Source: Octopus sinensis (taxonomy: Eukaryota). From it: DNA of 64,000 bases. The stretch covers positions 20,894,001 through 20,958,000 of the forward strand of contig NC_043015.1 in the NCBI RefSeq assembly GCF_006345805.1, in the 5' to 3' direction. A model generated the notes under the pieces. It saw only the letters and a list, made by a program, of their open reading frames with translations. It was not told the DNA's origin and searched no databases. The position numbers and the translations under genes were made by a program. Shown one piece after another: positions 1-13,530 of the stretch. Position 1 is the first letter of the stretch. Each line of letters begins with the position of its first letter.

Positions 1-264
1 TCTTTTTCTATGAGATAAATATACTTAGTACACACACACACGCTCACGCAGCAAGCGGTGAACGTATAATCGAGAAACCTTTGTTCTTTTCTCCCCCTTT
101 TTCTCTTCTTATCTCCCCTTTCCGTAGAAAAGCGTATGCTGGAAACGTTAAGCACTTCCTTCTTTCCAAGACAACATAATACACCCATTTATTTTTTTTT
201 TACCTCGTCTTCCTGTTTATTTTTTTATATCTTTATTCTTTATATATATACATATTTATTTTAT

Positions 265-490
265 CCATCATTTCAGTCATTTTGACTGCGGCCATGCCGG
301 AGCACAATCTTTAAGGGTTTCGGTCGAAGAATTCGACCCCAGGAATTATTCTATATGTGCTTAGTACTTATCCTATCGGTACCTTTTGCCGAACCGCTAA
401 ATAACGGTGGACATAAACATACCAGTATCGGTTGTCAAGCGATGTCGTGGTGGTGGTGAAAGTGGGGGGACAGACACAAACACATACTTA
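265..490 (-). mobile_element. SINE family B, 3' half
   Basis: Reverse complement matches the 3' half of the full B copies at 51081 and 51750 (ttgacaaccgat...cttagcggttcggcaaaag...gatag.ataagtac...ggggtcga...ccagcatggccgcagtcaaatgactgaaa). Confidence 0.85.
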
Positions 491-583
491 CATAATTATA
501 TACACATATATATTATGTCATATGTAACCAAACATACGTTTGTTTTCGAAGTGTTGAAATGTATTGTAAAACAAATAAAAATA

Positions 584-735
584 TAACTTTTGTTTTTCAA
601 CACGTAAATACTTAACAATCTATATAAAGGATAAAATACTTTTAAGAGCAGAAAAATTTGTCGGCAAATTTTTCTGCTCTTAAAAATATTTTATCCTTTA
701 TATAGATTGTTAAGTATTTTTGAAAAAATAAGTTG
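584..735. repeat. Near-perfect palindrome: 55-bp arms (606-660, 665-719), 4-nt loop, one mismatch, with imperfect outer extension
   Basis: Arms aligned by eye: aaatacttaacaatctatataaaggataaaata(c/t)ttttaagagcagaaaaatttg, loop tcgg. Confidence 0.95.
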
Positions 736-853
736 GGAAGCAAGCTTCATACCACACTGACACACTTGCGTGTATATATATATATAAACTGACAGTAACT
801 CATATATCCGAAAATGAAGCACAGATTAAAGAAGTAGAGCAGTAAATTACGTT

Positions 854-996
854 TTAGGAAGCTAAATGTTATGGTCAGTCATAGTGACCACTGGTCTCGT
901 ACCTATAAAGCACTTAGCAGTCTAGTCTGACGAGTCGCCTATACTGATCAGCACTTACCTATGGTCGCTCTATGACCGACCATAACTTTTAACTTC

Positions 997-1000
<4 letters not shown>
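854..1000. mobile_element. MITE-like element, ~147 bp, with ~37-bp terminal inverted repeats
   Basis: Left end ttaggaagctaaatgttatggtcagtcatagtgacca; reverse complement of right end ttaggaagttaaaagttatggtcggtcatagagcgacca. Termini lie in TA/TTA context. Confidence 0.7.

Positions 1001-1051
<51 letters not shown>
1001..1051. repeat. (TA)n microsatellite
   Basis: Directly visible. Confidence 0.99.
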
Positions 1052-1057
<6 letters not shown>

Positions 1058-1164
1058 ATGTCGTCGTCAGGTGCGAGCGAGTATGTCCTCATTTTGTTAA
1101 TTGTTTTAAGTTCCTTTGTTTTTGCTTGCGAGGGAACATAGACGTAGCCTCACCCCTCCCACTC

Positions 1165-1325
1165 GAGGCTCACCATCAGCAGTTCACAACGCATTTTCAT
1201 CTGAGTAGATTGGGCAATACGACAAAACATGCCTCGGTCAAGAGTACAAGACGCCGCCTGGCCCAGGACTCGAAGCCAAGAATTTATGATCGTTAGCCTG
1301 ACACCCTAACCACTAAGCCACGTAT
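1165..1325 (-). mobile_element. SINE family C (tRNA-like head), degenerate
   Basis: Reverse complement gtggcttagtggttagggtgtc...ggcttcgagtcct has A-box and B-box-like motifs and matches the copy at 56184. Confidence 0.75.
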
Positions 1326-1387
1326 CTCTTACATATTCATCTATAGTATTGATTAATCTGATGTTTTTCGACGATAAACAATAATAA

Positions 1388-1406
1388 ATATATATATATA
1401 TATATG

Positions 1407-1481
<75 letters not shown>

Positions 1482-1617
1482 GCATACATATGTATGAGTA
1501 TGCATATATATATTGCGCACTCAAGTACTCATATTGCGAGAGAGAGAGAGAGGGAGAAAGTGTGGGACAGGGTGAGGTGGCAGACGTGTATGCGTATGTG
1601 CGTGTGTGTCTGAGTGT

Positions 1618-1677
<60 letters not shown>
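1388..1677. repeat. Compound (TA)n, (TG)n and (GA)n microsatellites
   Basis: Directly visible; source of the YI/ER/RE ORF artefacts. Confidence 0.99.
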
Positions 1678-1680
<3 letters not shown>

Positions 1681-2377
1681 AAAAGTGACTTAGGAAGTGA
1701 TAACGCAGTAAGCGAATATTTTGTTGAGATGAGAGAAATATGTATACATTTATGGATTGCAGAGGAAAAAAATATCTGTATCTATATTCTGCAGTGAATC
1801 AACATAGACACAATCCCAGACAAAAATCACACACATTTATGTGTCCATACATTCGCTCATAGACTAGGAATTACGGTGAAATGTGATCGTGCTAAACACA
1901 TTAGATTAGAGAATATATTAGGTTAAATAAACGACGATCAAGAACAAACGTAGTAATTTGTTTAGTGTTGGTTCTGTTGGTAAAGTTCAGTTTGTTTCAG
2001 ATCTGAGACCCACTTCACACAGGCGCCAGATCAGTGAATTAGCCTACCTTAACACGATATGTCCAATTATACACTTCTCTTTATTTGAACACGTCACCCT
2101 TCACTGGTTTAGAAACAACCGATTGCGGTACGCTGCAGATTTTCTATGTAAGTGTATTTATATACAAATGTGTGTGTGTGTGTGTGTGTCTGTGTGTGTG
2201 AATATTGTAATATGTATTTTCATTTCCTCCAGGACCAAGAATAGACAATATAAAGAAACGATAAGAATGGCAAAAGACTAGATTGTTTTTCCAACAAGGA
2301 AAGACAGAAGGGGCGGTCTCAGCGGAGAATACATACGTGCAGTATAGCTGGGGAAAAGTGAAAAAATCCTATGGGAT

Positions 2378-2379
2378 TA

Positions 2380-2430
<51 letters not shown>
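2378..2430. repeat. (CTA)n microsatellite
   Basis: Directly visible. Confidence 0.99.
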
Positions 2431-2463
2431 CACTTATAATTATAATTATCTTTTTTTCTACTG

Positions 2464-2600
2464 TAGGCACAAAGCATGAAATTTGGTGGGAGGAGGAGCC
2501 AGTCGATTGCATCGAAACCAGTGTATAACTGGTACATATTTCATCGACCCCTAAAAAAATTAAAGGCAAAATCGATCTCGGCGGCATTTGAACTCAGAAC
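2464..2600 (-). mobile_element. SINE family A, 5'-truncated
   Basis: Reverse complement gttctgagttcaaatgccgccgagatcgattttgccttt...gatgaaatatgtaccag matches the A copies at 28747 and 56651. Confidence 0.8.
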
Positions 2601-2806
2601 TTGTCTCCTTAATTCAATATAGGTACAAGGAATTTCGGCTGAACACCTCTATTTATCTATAAGCGTAGTAGAGGGCTAAAGCAATGTGGAGTGTACAATA
2701 TATTAATATATTAAAAGCTGATAGGTAATAGATTGTAGGTGTTAATGGTATATATATATATATATATAAGCATATATACACACAAAATATAAATAATATA
2801 TATGTA

Positions 2807-2843
<37 letters not shown>

Positions 2844-4474
2844 GCATATATACAAACATACATGTACATGCCTACATATATATTTATATATACAGGCATA
2901 TATGGGTACAGGACGTCAAACAACGTGAACAAAAGGAGAAACGAGAACATAAAAACAAAAGCATGGAATATATATATATGTATATATATGATGGATTCTC
3001 TTTTCGTGAGTGACAAATGAGGGCTCAGTAAAGTAAAGCGTTAATCATGTTCTATGAATATGAATCTTGCTGGGATTCTCTTCAGGGACACACACTCATA
3101 TACATACATACATAAACTGATACAATTGAAATGAGAGAAAATTCAACCAGCCAATACACAGATGCGAAGCCGCTTAGATTTGTTCAGGGCGTTCAGCGAC
3201 CCCAATACATACCTCTCCCTGATATTCGAGTCCGCGTCTACAGATAGTGTTCGCTGGGATCCTCATTGTTCGACTATCGTCCCCCAATCGTTCAGTAGGA
3301 AAATTACGAAGAATATTTGATATCAGATGCGACCTGTCTTTCATTTGAAATCCATAATTCTAATGTCGATTAGAACTGATGTCTATTTTCTCTTCAATCC
3401 CTATGTTATTACAGTTTTTTTTAAACACACAACCGCCAATCTTTGACAATATTCATTACCTTCCCTTTATTGATTCTAAGGACAGTTATTATACTACTGT
3501 GTCATGGTGTGAGTTGCTTGTCTATGATCTGGTATCTCTTCTCCTTCTCTTACTCTTGCCATTTCTCTTGAATGAACCTCTCTGCACGTCGTTAGACGTT
3601 GGGTGACGCCATTGGTAACATACCCGTTGGCTTTCTAATCGTCATATCTGGCGCTCATGACGAGGCGAGTTGTTTTTGTTTTCTTTCTACTTTCTTCGAC
3701 TATCAAGACCAAAGGTCCTCTAAATATTCCTAGCTTCTGAAGCCTACCGCTTTTCACCCTTTGCTTTCTATGTTCCTCCAAGCAGTAATTTTTCATGTGA
3801 TACTACTGCTACTCATATAGCAGAGTTTTCAGCTCTGCACCACTACTCTGGTGATTATGTCAATCAGCATGTGTGTAGCTCCACCACTCACTCTTGTGCC
3901 GCCTTGGTTCAACAGACTCGGTAAACGATTCAATATATGCTATGCGGGTCGATAGATCGATGGAAATCGACATTGTTCCAGATGTCAGTCAGACGCTTTT
4001 CTATGTGGGCATATACTCCATACTACTTCATAGAATTTACCAAGGCAGAAGTAAGCTGTTTGATGTATTTCTCAAGCAAGACGCACTTACATTTGTAACT
4101 CACAACTTTCATACCGGTACTCTTTCTGAAAAGCAGCTCATGCCGAGGATTTCCCCCGTCACTAGCATCCTACTATAGTTCAGGTTATTCAATTAGTTCT
4201 ATTAAGGTAAAATATCTTTTTCTAGATTTTCTGTTGTTCTAAGTTTAAATTTCTTTTGGGTTCTTAAATCTCCCGAAAATATCTCTAGGAACGTCATCAC
4301 AATTATTTCATTGGGAGACATGTAAACAAATATTCGTTTTTCAAATAGCTTGAGGCTAAATAGTCAAAAAGTGATGTCTATTTCTTTGCATACATAGTAA
4401 ATGTAACAAGTGATTTCACAACCCTATGGTTCCACGATCCGACACCCAACACACACACACACACACACACACAA

Positions 4475-4530
<56 letters not shown>

Positions 4531-4822
4531 TTTAGTTAGACTGTATGTAAGTATCTCTGCGTTTTGTGGTTGATTAAACAATCGGAGTAAACAGTATTTC
4601 TTTCGCCACAAGAATATATACGCCTGTATGTGATGTGTGCGCATTTGTATGATTTTATCAGTACGAACCCGATACATATATACATATATATAATATATAT
4701 ATATAATATATATGTGTGTGTGTGTGTGAGGGAGTGTGAGAAGAGACAGAAAGAGAGAGATGGATGACTACACTATTCTCCTACAGAATTTCTCACACAT
4801 TCCTTTTATCTATTCCCTCAGT

Positions 4823-4858
<36 letters not shown>

Positions 4859-6589
4859 TCTCTCCATATATTTACGAATCTTTTGTTTTTTGAATGAATA
4901 TATGTATAATTATATGTTCATTGGAAATGCATATCTTGTTATTTATGTTTATATTATAAAAATTGTATATATTTACATATAAAAGTTATAAATACATCTG
5001 CATCTCTCACTCCCATTATACTCCCTAAAGCGCGAGTATTTATATGTGTGTGTATGTGTGAATATATCGGTATATACACACAGATTTGGTACGCAAATAT
5101 CTGATCTCTTGTTTACATGAGGTCTTAAAAAAATGGAGCCAGTTTGGCGACTGCGTCCACAATAGGCCTTTCTCATATCGAATTACCATAATTTTTTGCT
5201 TCCTACTCCCGAAACCTCACTAGGAATCTAAGAATCCCCCACCCATCCGGATCAACAAGGATGGTAAACGTTTGTGATGTTTGGCCAGACTTCTGAGACT
5301 GAGGCCCCGTGTGGCACTTTGTTGTTGTTAAGCGAGATGAGATGTGAGATGACTCTGGAGACAGATTATCGTCTCCATTCATAAAAGACTTCAGATACTA
5401 CCAGTTCTTTCATCCATATAGCCGTATGCGTGTCTGTGTGTGTGTGTGTGTGTGTTTTTTATATATAAGTGAATTTGAACTTGGATAATGTAGCAAAATA
5501 AAGCATTTTGCTAACAGCTAGGAGCAATAAAATTTATCATATTATTTCTAAATTTTTCGTGTTTTGTGGTCTTTATTTGTGTGCGTATGTGTCTGCACAC
5601 ACATACACACACACATACACACACATACACATATATATATATATAATATATAAAATATACATATTTATAGAAATACGAATTTTGATAAACTACATAATAA
5701 CTCGTAATTATTTCTTTGTTATTTTGAATACATGATTTATATTCAAAACTTCTTTATATAGCAATTATATATTATACATCTGCACATATATGTATATAGG
5801 TGTGTATACATGCGTGTGATGCCTTTGTATGTTATCGAAAACATGAACAATGATAGGGAAATATATAGGGAATTTCCTCTGAATTTACTTCTCCCCGTGA
5901 TTTTAACAGAAATCTATTGAGCAGACAGCTTTAATGAATACATAGAAACCAATACCGATATTGGAATATAATTTCGTAACAAAGTGATGAAAATATGGAA
6001 AAAACTGCGTGTTGTGAGTGTGAGAGAGAAATAGAGAACGAAGGGAGACAGAGAAAGAAAGAAATAGGGAGAATGATGAAGAGAAAGATAATAAATGTTT
6101 GTTGGATCAAATGGAATTAGCAACAGATTTGTTTTCGAGAGATTTCATACGCCTGGTGAGACTTAACAGAGCTTCAAACCTTTCTGAAAATCAATGAATG
6201 TGCGTTAGTACAACGAGACCTTTTACTACTTGTGTTGAGACTCATAGCATTTATTTCAGTTTTAATTAAGTTTTAAAGTGATGAAATATTTAGTAAAATA
6301 ACTGTGTGAATATTAAGGTGGTGTTTGGAACAAATTAAGGTCCCCCAAATTAAGGTCCCCACAAATTAAGGTGAAATTTTGATGGTAGGTTTTGAAGTAA
6401 AACACTTAAAAAAAAAGAAAGTTTGTATCATAGAACTGGGAGTGGACTCAGACAAGTTGGAACCAATAGGGTTAAATAGGAACCATATTCTGTATCGTAT
6501 CTGCTATTAGAATCTATCTGTTGCTGTAGCATGGCAGTATTAAGACTTTCGCTTCTCAGCTAAATCGTTTCGAGTTCCTATTCTCTTCG

Positions 6590-6741
6590 CGTGGATGTGT
6601 GGTAAGAAGTTTGCTTTCCAAGCGCATGGTTCCGGGCTCAATCTCATTGTGTGGCACCTTGGGCTAATGTTTTCCAATATAACCTCATGCTAACCAAAAC
6701 CTTCTGAATGGATTTGGTAGACGGCGACTGAAAGAAGCCCG

Positions 6742-6777
<36 letters not shown>

Positions 6778-6935
6778 GGGAGGGGTCTCACCGCCACTTC
6801 GCAACCAGTGTTGGTGCGTTTATTTCATGGTTGTTCGGCAAAACACGCTGATGGGGTCGAAGCGTACGACTAAAATTCTTCAAGGTGGTACCCCAGCATG
6901 GCCGCAGTTTAAGTGATGAAACAAATAACAGGACA
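6590..6935 (+). mobile_element. SINE family B, degenerate full-length copy split by internal (TA)n
   Basis: 5' half tgtgtggtaagaagtttgc...ggatttggtagacggcgactgaaagaagcccgtc, then (TA)n, then 3' half ending ccagcatggccgcagtttaagtgatgaaacaaataa. Confidence 0.8.
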
Positions 6936-7454
6936 GAAGAACTTCTAATATTGCCAGGAGTCGGCAAAAGAGCTGAGGTTAAATTTAACTGATAACCCGT
7001 GGAAACGATCGGAGTTACTGAATCTGAACATCGTCCGTTGCTCAGTTTAGATAACAACAATTGGCCCTTGGGGGACTTTCGCACTGCTCACTCTTTCATA
7101 ATCGTTCGGGGTATGGCGTTCGTTCAGAGATGAACATTGAAACATAGTTTGACTACTCTCGTATGATCTAAAACTATGTCATATATGTCGTTCCTGTTTT
7201 GAAATTTATTTCATGTTATGCGGCATAACTCGAACGTGTATTTGGAAACGTGTTTCAGATAATTAGCTGCAAAATATATATATATAGAAAACAAAACAAA
7301 ACAAGAAACGACGTTACCTGACCGTTTCCTAAGGAACATGACCGAGCAATATCGTAAAGAAGATAATTCGATAATTTAAAAGGTTGCTATTGGAAACTAC
7401 TCTGTCTACAAATCTAGAGCTTCATACTTTTCTACAACGCTAAAAAACTGTATG

Positions 7455-7520
<66 letters not shown>

Positions 7521-8129
7521 ATATTACATCCAATTTAGAATATAGCATTCCTCTCTAATTATTCTGTTTCCTCACCTCTTTGCAACGTAAATTGGTTGAC
7601 GCATTTTAATTGTCTCACATTTCTTTCTTTCATTACTTGAATGGTTGATTGTCTGGGTTTGGTATCATATTAATTAAGCTTGTGTGTGTTTATATATATG
7701 CAATATTGTATATATGTATGTACGTGTATATATATATATATATATATATACTCATTTATTTTTGTGTGTGTATATATATATATATATATATACATAAATG
7801 ATCTATGTGCGTGTGTGTATATAAGTGTGGGTCTATGAACGTGTACAGATGCATATGTGTGTATATATGTGCGTGTGTATTCGCCATATGTCTCAACATT
7901 AAAACGTTTTCAAATCTATTGGACTTCCTCGCAAAAAAGAAAAAAAAAGAAAAATGTAACTAAAAGCCAAAACCATTATTTATGTATTAGTAGTTATTGG
8001 TGTGTGCATAAGATCTTCACTTTGCAGCTGCAAAATTTCGAGCCCAATCCCATGACTTTTACTATATAGTTCCGTGCTAGAAGTTGTATGTATGTGTCTG
8101 TGAGTGTGTGTATAATATATGTGCATGCT

Positions 8130-8153
8130 ATACATTTATATATATATATATAT

Positions 8154-8206
<53 letters not shown>

Positions 8207-8223
8207 CATATATATATATATAC

Positions 8224-8273
<50 letters not shown>

Positions 8274-8312
8274 CATATATATACATATATATATATACAT
8301 ATATATATATAC

Positions 8313-8367
<55 letters not shown>

Positions 8368-8440
8368 ATACACACACATATATATATATGTGTGTGTGTG
8401 TGTTTGTATGTGTGTGTGTGTGTGTTGTGTGTGTGTGTTT
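8130..8440. repeat. Long interrupted (TA)n/(TG)n array
   Basis: Directly visible. Confidence 0.99.
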
Positions 8441-9003
8441 TTTGTATTATATGTCTATACGGATATATGTCATGTGTATCGGTTCGTGTGTGCATATATC
8501 ACAACACTCCTTCACAACAGGTGTTGTTTTGTTATCGGGAGCAAGTGCCCCCGATCAGTGTCAGGCTTAAGAAAAAGTAGGCACTGGAGTCGAATTGAAC
8601 TTAACCTTTCAAGACGGTGCACCACAATACCATAGCCACTGTCCAGTTACTGAACCAAGTAAAATAAATATACTTATATATGTATATTTATATAAGTTTA
8701 AATAAGTATATTTATACATGAATATATAATTTCAATGATATTCACTTAATTTTCTTTGTATGCGAGTTGGTGACACTGAGAATGTGGTGATTTCAACAAA
8801 GAAAACAAACTATTATGTGTTTAATCATATGGAGAAATAGAAGCAATCACGAATAGGATAATTTACAACCTCACAAAGAATCAGACAAATTGGAAATCAC
8901 ACATAAGGACTTATGCATATACAGAACAACACACTTGTATATATTGACTCTAACGTTTCTACACAAATTGAAACAAGCACACACACACACACACACGCGC
9001 ATA

Positions 9004-9068
<65 letters not shown>

Positions 9069-10458
9069 GCACACGCGCGTAGAGAAGCCTTAGAGGATGC
9101 CCTGTTGTAAATAAGCATCTCCAATAACTTCTACTTGGTTGCTTTAAGGTTTAGACTGAATAACAGCTTGACGGTGAGAATTCCGGATGGCAGCCATTTT
9201 AAAACTCTCAAAGGACCCTGGCAAACACTTCCAATTAGATGTGCTGTATTGAAAGAACAGATCAATCAATGATACAAATAAATAGAGATGTGATCCGTGC
9301 CAACCGATCAAATTAAACGACGTATTTCTCCTTATTTCAATGGTTTAGATAGGTAGCCATCTTCGTGTGTATGTGCAGGTGTGTGTGTACATGTATCTCT
9401 CTGTCTGCTCTTCTCTTTCTCTCAGTGCTTCTGTGTGTATATGCATGATTCAACTCCGCAGTAGTATGGGATGCTAACAATGTAAGTCGTTTAAACCCCG
9501 TGGGCTTTCCATTTTTACTAGGAAATATTCTGATCTGTCTAATTAGACCTGACATTCCTCGACCATCAACCTGTTGCCGAATTCAAAAGAACAACCGACA
9601 TCTTGTATGTTTTCTTTGTTTAAGCTATCTCCACTTGATTCAGCTTTGGAATGTTTTAACACACACACATACATACATGTATACTTACATATACAGAAAA
9701 GAGTGTGTGACGTGTTTCTAGTGTCATCTGGTTTGTAAAACTGAGTGCGTATACATTATGCATCTTGACAGTCTTACAGAATTAACGCTAATATAAACTG
9801 GTTAGATTGTCTATCAATCACTTTATCTTTCTACCTATGTATTCTCATATGCGTCAAACTATACATAAATATCTATCTTTATATATGTAAGGATACAATT
9901 ATGCGTCCAATTATACTGAATTTATACAAAGGATAACTATACAGATTTAAGTAAGTGTCTGTCCATTAGTTTGATAAGCATGAAATGTTTGGAGTGACTT
10001 ACACAAATTTCTGTTCACTGAAAGCATAAAAAAAATTGCAACTACGTGATTTCAGCTTTCGTCCTATTACGGTATGACTTCTGCTATTGACTTCTGCTCT
10101 ATAACCCCAGGTAATCAATGACTTGTGAATGTATTTGGAAGATAGAAACAGTCTGGGAGCTCGCCACACACACATATATGCATGCGTGTGTTAGTTTTAA
10201 GATTGGTGTTGGTTTACATTCCGTAACATAGCGGTTCATTAAAAGAAACAGACAGAATTCGTACCGAACTTAAAATAAAAAGTGCTTTGTCTAATCGATC
10301 TCGGCGGCATTTGAACTCGGCGGCATTTGAACCCTTCAGTGCAGTGCCCCAGCATGGCTGCAGCCCAGTGTAAGAGCCGTATATAGGAAATGCGTATCTA
10401 TGCGTATTGTTTCTGTATAAGTGCAAAAGAATCATCTTGGAATATGCTTGTGTGCATC

Positions 10459-11320
10459 TAGGAAGTTTGATCAGTAAGAATCCGGACTGTTGCCATATTA
10501 ACGAAGCTAAAGCACGCAGATTGAAGCTGCTCGGCAAAGATTGATATTGAACTCTGCTGTGCAAACGCACAAAGTTTTAATGTTCAAGAGCACTTCTTCT
10601 GTTTACAGCAATGTTTGGAAGGAAGGTGTGTGGCGTGTGATCGTCGCATTGACCATGATAGAGAAAGTTGTCATGGCGATACCTGCTCAGAGGCTTACGC
10701 AAAGTTGCAGAAATTGTATAGAGAGGAGTGTATGGAGAGGAGCCCACATAAGTGTCCGAGTGGTTTAGACTTTTCTGAGATGGCCGAAAAATGTCGATAT
10801 TGACAACCAGCAGTACTGAGAGAAACATCGCAGATGTGCTTTGCAGCTTGTTAGGGGAAATCGTCGAATCACCATCCGTGAGTTATCGGAGGATATCTAG
10901 ATTAGCTACGGTTCAGTTCAGTCCATTATCACTGAAGATTTGGGTATGAGACACGTGTCTGCCAATTTCGAGCAAAAACTGCTTTCATCTGACCAAAAGA
11001 ACGGGCGGGTTTCAGTTGCACAAGATCTCTTTGATTGTGTCGAGAACGATGAAAATATTTTGAAAATGTTGCGTAGGTCTCTTAGAAGGCATGGCAAAAC
11101 ATTTGGCAAAGTTTGATGCAGATTCTCTGCTCAACTTTATCTGTCATTGTCAATGCGACGATCACACGCTACACACCTTCCTTTCACGCACTGCTGTAAA
11201 CAGAGAAAGTAAGCTAGGACGTTAAAACTCACATCACTGTACAAGGTTAATCGGTGCGAAGCGGCTTCACTTTGCGTGCTTTAGCTTCATTACTATGGCA
11301 ATAGTCCGAATACTAAACAG
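10459..11320 (+). mobile_element. Decayed mariner (DD34D-type) derivative with N-terminal transposase fragment and ~200-bp inverted ends
   Basis: 10655-11070 translates, with frameshifts and stops, as MIEKV..GDTCSEAYAKLQKLYREECM..SEWFRLF*DGRKNV..LVRGNRRITIRELSEDI*ISYGSVQSIITEDLGMRHVSANFEQKLLSSDQKNGRVSVAQDLFDCVENDENILKML. This covers the mariner HTH domains and a degenerate WVPHEL-type linker. 10472-10669 is an inverted copy of 11133-11315. Confidence 0.9.
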
Positions 11321-12351
11321 TGCTTATCTATGTATGTATAGTTTTGAACCTCGAAATATTTCTGAGCAAATGCTGAATGGCGTTAAAAACTAATTGGGAT
11401 CTTCATTCATGTCATGATTAAATATAACACCAAGCAATATCAATTTTCCATTTGCTTGGAACTGATGTTCATTTTATGGTATTTGGATGTACGTCAACAA
11501 ATCTGATATATTTTTCCCTATCCTTCTCCGTAATTTCCAATACATTTCATTAAGATAAGTATATTCAAAGTCATTATTGACGTGTTGGGTGCAACAGAAA
11601 TAATAATTTCATTTTATTGCCTTGTGGTCTCCTGGAGCTCTTTCACAAATTCATAATGTTTATAACTATGATTGTGGCGTTATTTAGGCAAACTTTACGT
11701 ACATAAACACCAGGCCAGGAATTTCTATTGCTGTTGTCAAACACCCAGTACGAACCACCATCCGGCACTTAATTTCACATTTTGTAAGCGACATCTATAA
11801 TTTTAAACAACTGTTGTTTCGTAAGAAATTACGCTATGCGTATATGTGTGTATCTGTGTGTGTGGATGTAACGTCGATATTTTTGAATTTGTTACATGAA
11901 AGACTGATCTCATTGTAGACAGATTCAAGAAGGAATACGGGCAGTTACAATAAAATAATGAGAACTTCTGTTCGATGTGGAAAAATAAAAGTAGGAAGAT
12001 AGGTGGATGCCGAAAGTATGAGTACGAAATAAACTGGGAGTATACTACTCATTAAAGAAAGGAAAATTAAATATTATATGTTGAAGATGAGAATATGTCA
12101 GAAGTTTATTTCGAGTTTCATGTTTCCGATTTTCTTAAGATTTCTGGTGCGCGCCCCCGCACACAATATACATATATAACATTCAGGTAGTTAAGTTTTT
12201 ACTTCACCTTTAAAAAGACAAATCAGACCATACAAGCAATATTTTACAATAATCATTTAAAACTTAAAAACCAGCCATGCATAACTTCCTACTTACTTAG
12301 ATAATGTAGTTACAAACACACATACACACATACACACACAAACACACACAA

Positions 12352-12382
<31 letters not shown>

Positions 12383-12383
12383 G

Positions 12384-12417
<34 letters not shown>

Positions 12418-12947
12418 ACGCACGTTTACTTTTTAAAGCGCGACAACTCAGTAAAGCAGACTATATATATTTTATTCAGTATGCTATCGAAATAAACTGA
12501 AACACACACACATATATATATGTATATATGTGTGTGTGTATATGTATATACATTTTGTGTGCATGTGTGTGGGTGCGTGTGTGTATCTGTGCGTGTGTGC
12601 ATTTCGGTTTTAACACTGTATGTGCCTAAGTACTTAAACACATTTGATGGTATAAAATTCTTTAAAATCACCAACAGTTATTGGCTAACACGGTAGTAAA
12701 AGCAAAGCAAAACAAAAAACACAAAGAAAAAACCCGAAATCGACTACATCGAAGCAAATAAAACTTGTGTTTTTGTAGTTTCTTTTTGTTTTTTGCTATA
12801 TTCACAGCTAATCCGAGTTGCTATAATATCAACCATTGGTGTAAACCAATAGAAACGAAAAATATAACAAAAAAGAGAGAAAGAAAAAATACGCACAAAA
12901 TATCAAAAAAGAAAAAAAAGACGCAACTATTCTGTAAAGGGCTACAT

Positions 12948-13091
<144 letters not shown>

Positions 13092-13530
13092 AAGTAAGCA
13101 TAATGTAATTGCTATTGGTCTTTTTCATCGTTTATTTATTAGCTGTCATCACCAGTTACTGGAAACGTTCACACGAATTTTTTCTCTCGCTTGAGGTCAC
13201 GCAGACTGAAGTACATTTTTAAAGAACCGATTAGGTAATCGTTCCAACATTTCATCACATATGATGTTGTAACGAAACTAGCTAAAAAAAAATAAAGGTA
13301 ATATTGAAATGGGAAAGCAAGCGTGAGTGAGTCGATTCGGTAAAACAGGAATTTAGAAGCTTTCATACGTGAAGACTTTTCTCTATATAACTTCGTTACT
13401 AAACTGACAATCGGAGTTCAAATTCAGCAGAAATCTTGATACCAATATCGTTTTTATCTCTTCATTAGGTTCTTTATGTATGTGTGTGTGTGTGTGTGTG
13501 TGGTGTGTGTGTGTGTGTGTGTATGTATAT

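Noticed and set aside
3060-3095. Minus-strand CUGAAGA followed by a GAAUC/GAUUC stem
   Set aside because: No GAAA box follows the stem, so it is not a hammerhead.
4358-4378. tagtcaaaaagtgatg resembling miR-153
   Set aside because: The seed is missing and there is no hairpin partner.
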